Origin: an uncultured virus (IMG/VR IMGVR_UViG_3300015360_000026)
Lineage: Duplodnaviria > Heunggongvirae > Uroviricota > Caudoviricetes
Reading direction: 5' to 3' (one strand)
IMG/VR virus record: IMGVR_UViG_3300015360_000026
Length of the DNA stretch: 20,000 nt
Position numbers and translations under genes: made by a program. This document shows positions 16,220 to 20,000 of this stretch, piece after piece; position 1 is the first letter of the stretch; each line of letters begins with the position of its first letter. Under the pieces are notes generated by a model. It was not told where the DNA came from. It made no database searches and saw only the letters and a list, made by a program, of their open reading frames with translations.

Positions 16220-17197
16220 TCAGACCGCAGCGACAGGCTTGCCGGCCTTCTTCTTTTTCTTCTTGTCGCCCGTCGGCTTGCCGTTGGTTGCGACCGGCTT
16301 GCCGTTGGTTACTGGCTTGCCGTTGGCCGCAGCAGCCGGCTTGGTCTTCATCTTGGGGCTGGTCGCCCGAGCGGCCTCTTCGGCATCCTCGGCGTCCTTC
16401 GCTTCCTTGGCCTCGGCCTCAGCCTTCTCCTTCTCTTCGAGCACCGTCTCAACTCGCACGATGTTCTTCGCGAGGTACTCCTTGAGGTCACCCAACTCGG
16501 TCTCGGTCTTGTCGATCTGGTCTCGCGTCGCGGTCAGCTTATCGAGCAGCGTCGAGGACACGTCAGCCGGGGCCAACTCGTCGATGTTTGAGAACATCGA
16601 CTCCGTGCACGCCTTACCGTAGTTCAGCAGGCCGAGGGCCAGGGAGCCGAGCTTCTGCAACCCGGCCATCGGGCTCGCCGGCCGGCTGTGCGGGCGACCG
16701 CCGCTGCGGGCGTTCTTGCGGGTCATCGCACCGGACCGAACTTCCGCCTCCACCTGGTTCGCCGACAGGCCCTCCTTAATGGCCCGCTTCAGCAGCTTCT
16801 CGGCATCCGCCACCTTGTCCAACTGGGTGACCGCCAGCCAGTGCGACAGCGTCAGATGCTTCTGGTACGGCATCGGGCGATCCGTCCACTCCTGCACGTA
16901 GTCCTTGTCGAACTTGTCCACGAAGTTCTTCAGGCCGTACAGCGTCGCCGTCGTCTCGCCGAAGTACGCGGCCATCTGGGCCACCGCCCCGGTGCCGTAC
17001 GTCGACTCCTTCTTCGGGTCCATCATGTCCCGGACCATCAACCCATCGTTGTACGCCATCAGCACCGTGCCCACGGCCCGCTTGGTGCTACTGGTCCTCC
17101 GGGCATCCACGACCGCCCGCGTCGCGGGTGTCATCGACTCGTACAACTTCGCCAGTTCCTTCTCACTCGGTCCGGTCGTCGCCACTTCGCTCGCCAT
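16220..17197 (-). CDS. DUF1016/YhcG N-terminal-like putative DNA-binding protein with coiled-coil and basic tail
   Basis: AYNDG...TYGTGAVAQMA...TLYGLKNF...LTLSHWLAV...AIKEGLSANQV parallels YWxIG..YG..LS..NL..MRxF..LSWSH...AxxExWSxxxL of DUF1016-N; AGGAG RBS. Confidence 0.65.
   Translation of the reverse strand: MASEVATTGPSEKELAKLYESMTPATRAVVDARRTSSTKRAVGTVLMAYNDGLMVRDMMDPKKESTYGTGAVAQMAAYFGETTATLYGLKNFVDKFDKDYVQEWTDRPMPYQKHLTLSHWLAVTQLDKVADAEKLLKRAIKEGLSANQVEAEVRSGAMTRKNARSGGRPHSRPASPMAGLQKLGSLALGLLNYGKACTESMFSNIDELAPADVSSTLLDKLTATRDQIDKTETELGDLKEYLAKNIVRVETVLEEKEKAEAEAKEAKDAEDAEEAARATSPKMKTKPAAAANGKPVTNGKPVATNGKPTGDKKKKKKAGKPVAAV
16275..16326. repeat. Three copies of GGCTTGCCGTTGG encoding (A/T)NGKP
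   Basis: Copies at 16275, 16296 and 16314. Confidence 0.85.
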
Positions 17198-17234
17198 CGT
17201 CAGTCTCCTAAGTAATGTTCAGACTCTGCGTCGA

Positions 17235-17837
17235 TCAGGCCATGTCCTGCGTGGGACGCCAGCCGTGACCGTTGTTGTGAATCGCACCCACCAGGGGTGC
17301 GAACGGCTGGACGTACAGGAGCTGGGGCTTTTCCTTAGTCCCGCCGAAGTACGTCCAGCGGAGGCCACGCACCCAATAGGCGTCCAGCCCCCCGTTGTGA
17401 ATCAACAAACCTTGCTGCACCCCCTTGCGGGGGAAAATAAGCCCTATCGTCCGATCCAGGGCCTGCCCCGAAACCTGCTCGTAGAACTCCTCGTAGGCTT
17501 CAACCCACGGGGCATCCTGAAAGCGTCGGAACAACGCAGGGGTCGTGCACCGGAGATCGGTATGCAGCTTCACTCCCCCTAGTCGGGAACAACCAAGAAC
17601 AATCGGAAAGGTCGGAAACATCTCATTGAAGAGACTCACCGTCAGAAGGTTCTCACCGACAAGATCGCGAGACTTGCGGAGCATGTCCCACTTCTTGTTC
17701 GTGACGCCGAACCTCTTCAACAGGAACTGGACCTTCCCCTCCTCGAAGCGACGGGCCTCGGAGAGGTTCCACTCGGCCTTCTTGTCACGCCCCTTCTGCA
17801 TGTCGCCGAAAGGGTGCGGTTTCTCTTTGTCGCTCAC
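17235..17837 (-). CDS. Hypothetical protein (200 aa)
   Basis: GTGA-coupled to the recombinase stop. Confidence 0.8.
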   Translation of the reverse strand: MSDKEKPHPFGDMQKGRDKKAEWNLSEARRFEEGKVQFLLKRFGVTNKKWDMLRKSRDLVGENLLTVSLFNEMFPTFPIVLGCSRLGGVKLHTDLRCTTPALFRRFQDAPWVEAYEEFYEQVSGQALDRTIGLIFPRKGVQQGLLIHNGGLDAYWVRGLRWTYFGGTKEKPQLLYVQPFAPLVGAIHNNGHGWRPTQDMA

Positions 17838-19390
17838 GGCATGCCCTCACCCGCTGCCGCCATGCTGGCAAGATAGTCGCCCTCAAGTTGCGGTAGTGAC
17901 CGGATTCGCAGGGCACGCCGCAAGAGAGCCATCAGCTTCGGATCGTTCCGGAGTTTAGCACCCATCTCGGAATAACTTAGCGGGTCCTTCTCAGAAACGC
18001 CAGCCGCCTTGCTCCACGCCTGACAGTCGACGTGACCGCCAGGATTCTTGAACCCCATGTCGAAGCCATCCTCCTTGAGGTACTTCCGGAGGCGGATGTT
18101 CTTCTCCTTATTGCCCTCCATAATGGACCAGAGAAGGCGTACCATCGCCCAGTCCCAGTCCCAGATCGTCTTCTGCTTGAACTCACCCGTCTCCTCATCC
18201 AGTTCCTCCCACCACAGCACGCGGGTCACGATGCTGCGGTGCGTAGGGCCGAACGAGTTCTTCGCACAGCTAATCTCGACCTGGAAGCCGTCCCACTCGG
18301 ACGACTCAATCACCTTCGGGCCGACGCGACGCAGCTCCAACTCGAAACTCTCCTGGAACAGCGTCTGCTTGCCCCCGGCCATGTTGCGGACGTCCTGACC
18401 GGTGTCCGGGTTCTTGTCGAGCTTCAGGTGGTTGACCAGCACGACGCTGAACGGCCACCCGTCGAGCCACTGGGGCATGGTCTTCATGTACCGCGTGATC
18501 TTCAGGGCCTCCACCGGAAAGCCGCGACTCGCCGAGCCCTCCTTCCTGATCGACTCCTGACTGTCGTCGCTCATCTTGCCCATGATCGAGTCGACGCCGA
18601 ACAGGATCGGGAACGTCCGGCCAGGGCCGGGCTTGTCCTTCGTGCCGTCCATCATCTTCTTCTGGATCTTGACGCCGTCGGTCATGGCCTTCTGCCAATC
18701 CTCGACGCTGTTGCACCGCGTCAACACCATCCGCTCGAACGCCTCCTGCCCCATGATGCTCTCGTACCACGGGGGGTTGAACTTCGTCTCATTTTCTTTT
18801 AACTCAAAACCGCCACCAGCCAGATCGTGCCACCGGGCGATCTCAGCCAGCAGACCCGACTTGCCAGTGCCGTGCGTCGACACCAGGTGCCACACGAGAC
18901 CCATCGGGAAGCCCTGATTAGCGATCACGAACTCGAACGCAAACGCCGGGACAGGGAACGACACCACCAGCTGCTTGCTCTCCGACCCCAAGAATACGCC
19001 AGTGTGCCCCGACCCCAGTCGGGCCTGGTCGGCCACGCTCTTCATGTAATCGTCCATCTTGTGACCGCGTGCCGTACCGCCGCTTCGCCACCCCTTGAGG
19101 CTGTCCTGGGCCTTCCGGGTCAGCTTGCGGGGTTCCCCCAGACTGACCGTCTTCGGTCCGGTCTTCACGGCCTTACCCGCCGACGTCGTCACCGCCTTGG
19201 GGGGCGGCACCGGATCGGTGTTCGCTTCTTTCTCGTCATCATCACACGCAACGGTCGGCAGTTCGAGGGTCGTGACGTCGAAGAAGTCCGTCTCACCCTC
19301 TTCCTTGGCCGACACGCCGCCGATCGGTAATCCGTCCCCCTCCGATTTAGGGGCGACGGGCTTCAGGTAGTCTCTCTTGATCCGAGCCAT
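17834..19390 (-). CDS. RecA/UvsX-like recombinase (518 aa) with long N-terminal extension
   Basis: GFPMG..STHGTGKS (Walker A variant), ENETK (catalytic Glu region), GVDS (Walker B), VLVNH, AGGKQTLF, CAKNSFGP; start trimmed to ATG 19390 with AGGGG RBS, downstream of a terminator. Confidence 0.88.
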   Translation of the reverse strand: MARIKRDYLKPVAPKSEGDGLPIGGVSAKEEGETDFFDVTTLELPTVACDDDEKEANTDPVPPPKAVTTSAGKAVKTGPKTVSLGEPRKLTRKAQDSLKGWRSGGTARGHKMDDYMKSVADQARLGSGHTGVFLGSESKQLVVSFPVPAFAFEFVIANQGFPMGLVWHLVSTHGTGKSGLLAEIARWHDLAGGGFELKENETKFNPPWYESIMGQEAFERMVLTRCNSVEDWQKAMTDGVKIQKKMMDGTKDKPGPGRTFPILFGVDSIMGKMSDDSQESIRKEGSASRGFPVEALKITRYMKTMPQWLDGWPFSVVLVNHLKLDKNPDTGQDVRNMAGGKQTLFQESFELELRRVGPKVIESSEWDGFQVEISCAKNSFGPTHRSIVTRVLWWEELDEETGEFKQKTIWDWDWAMVRLLWSIMEGNKEKNIRLRKYLKEDGFDMGFKNPGGHVDCQAWSKAAGVSEKDPLSYSEMGAKLRNDPKLMALLRRALRIRSLPQLEGDYLASMAAAGEGMP

Positions 19391-19415
19391 TGCAGCCCCT
19401 TGAAAGTCACTAGAC

Positions 19416-19447
19416 AAAAAGAAGCCAACCCCATGACTGGGGTTGGC
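19416..19447 (-). terminator. Rho-independent terminator
   Basis: Perfect 10-bp stem GCCAACCCCA/TGGGGTTGGC (19424-19433/19438-19447), 4-nt loop, followed on the minus strand by TTCTTTTT. Confidence 0.88.
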
Positions 19448-19466
19448 ACGACCTAGAAGCCGGTTT

Positions 19467-20000
19467 CTACTTCTTGTTCGCCTTGCCACCCGCCGCCGGC
19501 GGCGGGGTGGCGGCAGGATTCTTGCGAGCCGCAGCACGGGCAGCAGCGGCCTTGGCAGCCTGAAGCGTGTTCGCCATCTCGGCGTCCTTCTTCTTGGGCG
19601 ACGCCACGGCCTCAGCCTCCTCGGTCTGCGTCCCCTTCTTACTCGCCGGCTTGGCAGCCGCAGCGGCCGGCTTCGCAACCGGCTTCGCGACAGGAGCTGC
19701 CGGTTTGGCCGCTGGCTTCGCGACCGGCTTGGCGGCGATCACCTCATCGAACACCTCGTCACCGCTCGGCTTGGACTTGGGCTTGCCCGCCTTCGGCTTC
19801 ACCGGGGCGACGACTGCTTCTTCCTCTTCTTCCTCGTCACCCTCCTCATCTACCTCCTCGTCGTCTTCGTCACCCTCTTCAGCTTCCCCTTCGTCAGCGT
19901 CGCCTGCTTCAGGGTCGGCGTCGTCGGCCTCCTCATCGTCCTCAGCTTCGACGTCATCATCGTCGTCAGCGTCGTCACCGTCGTCACCGTCGTCACCGTC
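19467..20000 (-). CDS. C-terminal 177 aa of a protein starting outside the window: Asp/Glu-rich tract followed by Ala/Lys/Pro-rich tail
   Basis: Frame of ORF 19467..19802 stays open to 20000 (DGDDGDDGDDADDDDVEAED...); followed by a terminator. Confidence 0.85.
   Translation of the reverse strand, partial: DGDDGDDGDDADDDDDVEAEDDEEADDADPEAGDADEGEAEEGDEDDEEVDEEGDEEEEEEAVVAPVKPKAGKPKSKPSGDEVFDEVIAAKPVAKPAAKPAAPVAKPVAKPAAAAAKPASKKGTQTEEAEAVASPKKKDAEMANTLQAAKAAAARAAARKNPAATPPPAAGGKANKK
19971..20000. repeat. 9-bp tandem repeat GTCGTCACC (3+ copies, encodes GDD), runs off the window edge
   Basis: Directly visible at the window end. Confidence 0.85.

Noticed and set aside
92..19370. Many long plus-strand ORFs (92..1741, 1809..3215, 4484..5491, 9543..10994 and others)
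   Set aside because: Antisense shadows of GC-rich minus-strand genes; Arg/Val/Leu-rich unnatural composition and no recognisable motifs
19391..19678. Upstream extension of the RecA-like ORF to 19678
   Set aside because: Crosses a terminator and overlaps the upstream gene; ATG 19390 has an RBS
1..20000. Alternative genetic code (stop-codon reassignment)
   Set aside because: Genes tile the window under the standard bacterial code, and TAA, TAG and TGA all end genes at sensible junctions

Overview
A GC-rich (roughly 60-65% by eye), densely packed 20 kb segment in which every credible gene lies on the minus strand, many coupled by overlapping start/stop codons. The content reads as the replication, recombination and nucleotide-metabolism region of a large dsDNA bacteriophage (or prophage/plasmid-like element); the host cannot be determined from this window. 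Recognisable products: RecA/UvsX-like recombinase, DUF1016-N-like protein, GT2 glycosyltransferase, ThyX interrupted by a 363-aa LAGLIDADG intein, MazG-like pyrophosphohydrolase with a DnaJ-type zinc finger, DEDDh exonuclease, endonuclease VII-like nuclease and a beta-class N4/N6 DNA methyltransferase, plus about 15 hypothetical proteins. Most notable: (1) apparent total absence of GCGC and about nine 6-bp palindromes; (2) several proteins that look like catalytically dead copies of replication/transcription enzymes; (3) single-residue changes in signature motifs (ThyX RHR to RQR, MTase DPPY to DPPH); (4) two intergenic three-way-junction RNA structures that pair the downstream Shine-Dalgarno; (5) a perfect 30-bp duplication inside the intein. 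All family calls are motif recognition by eye, not database hits.
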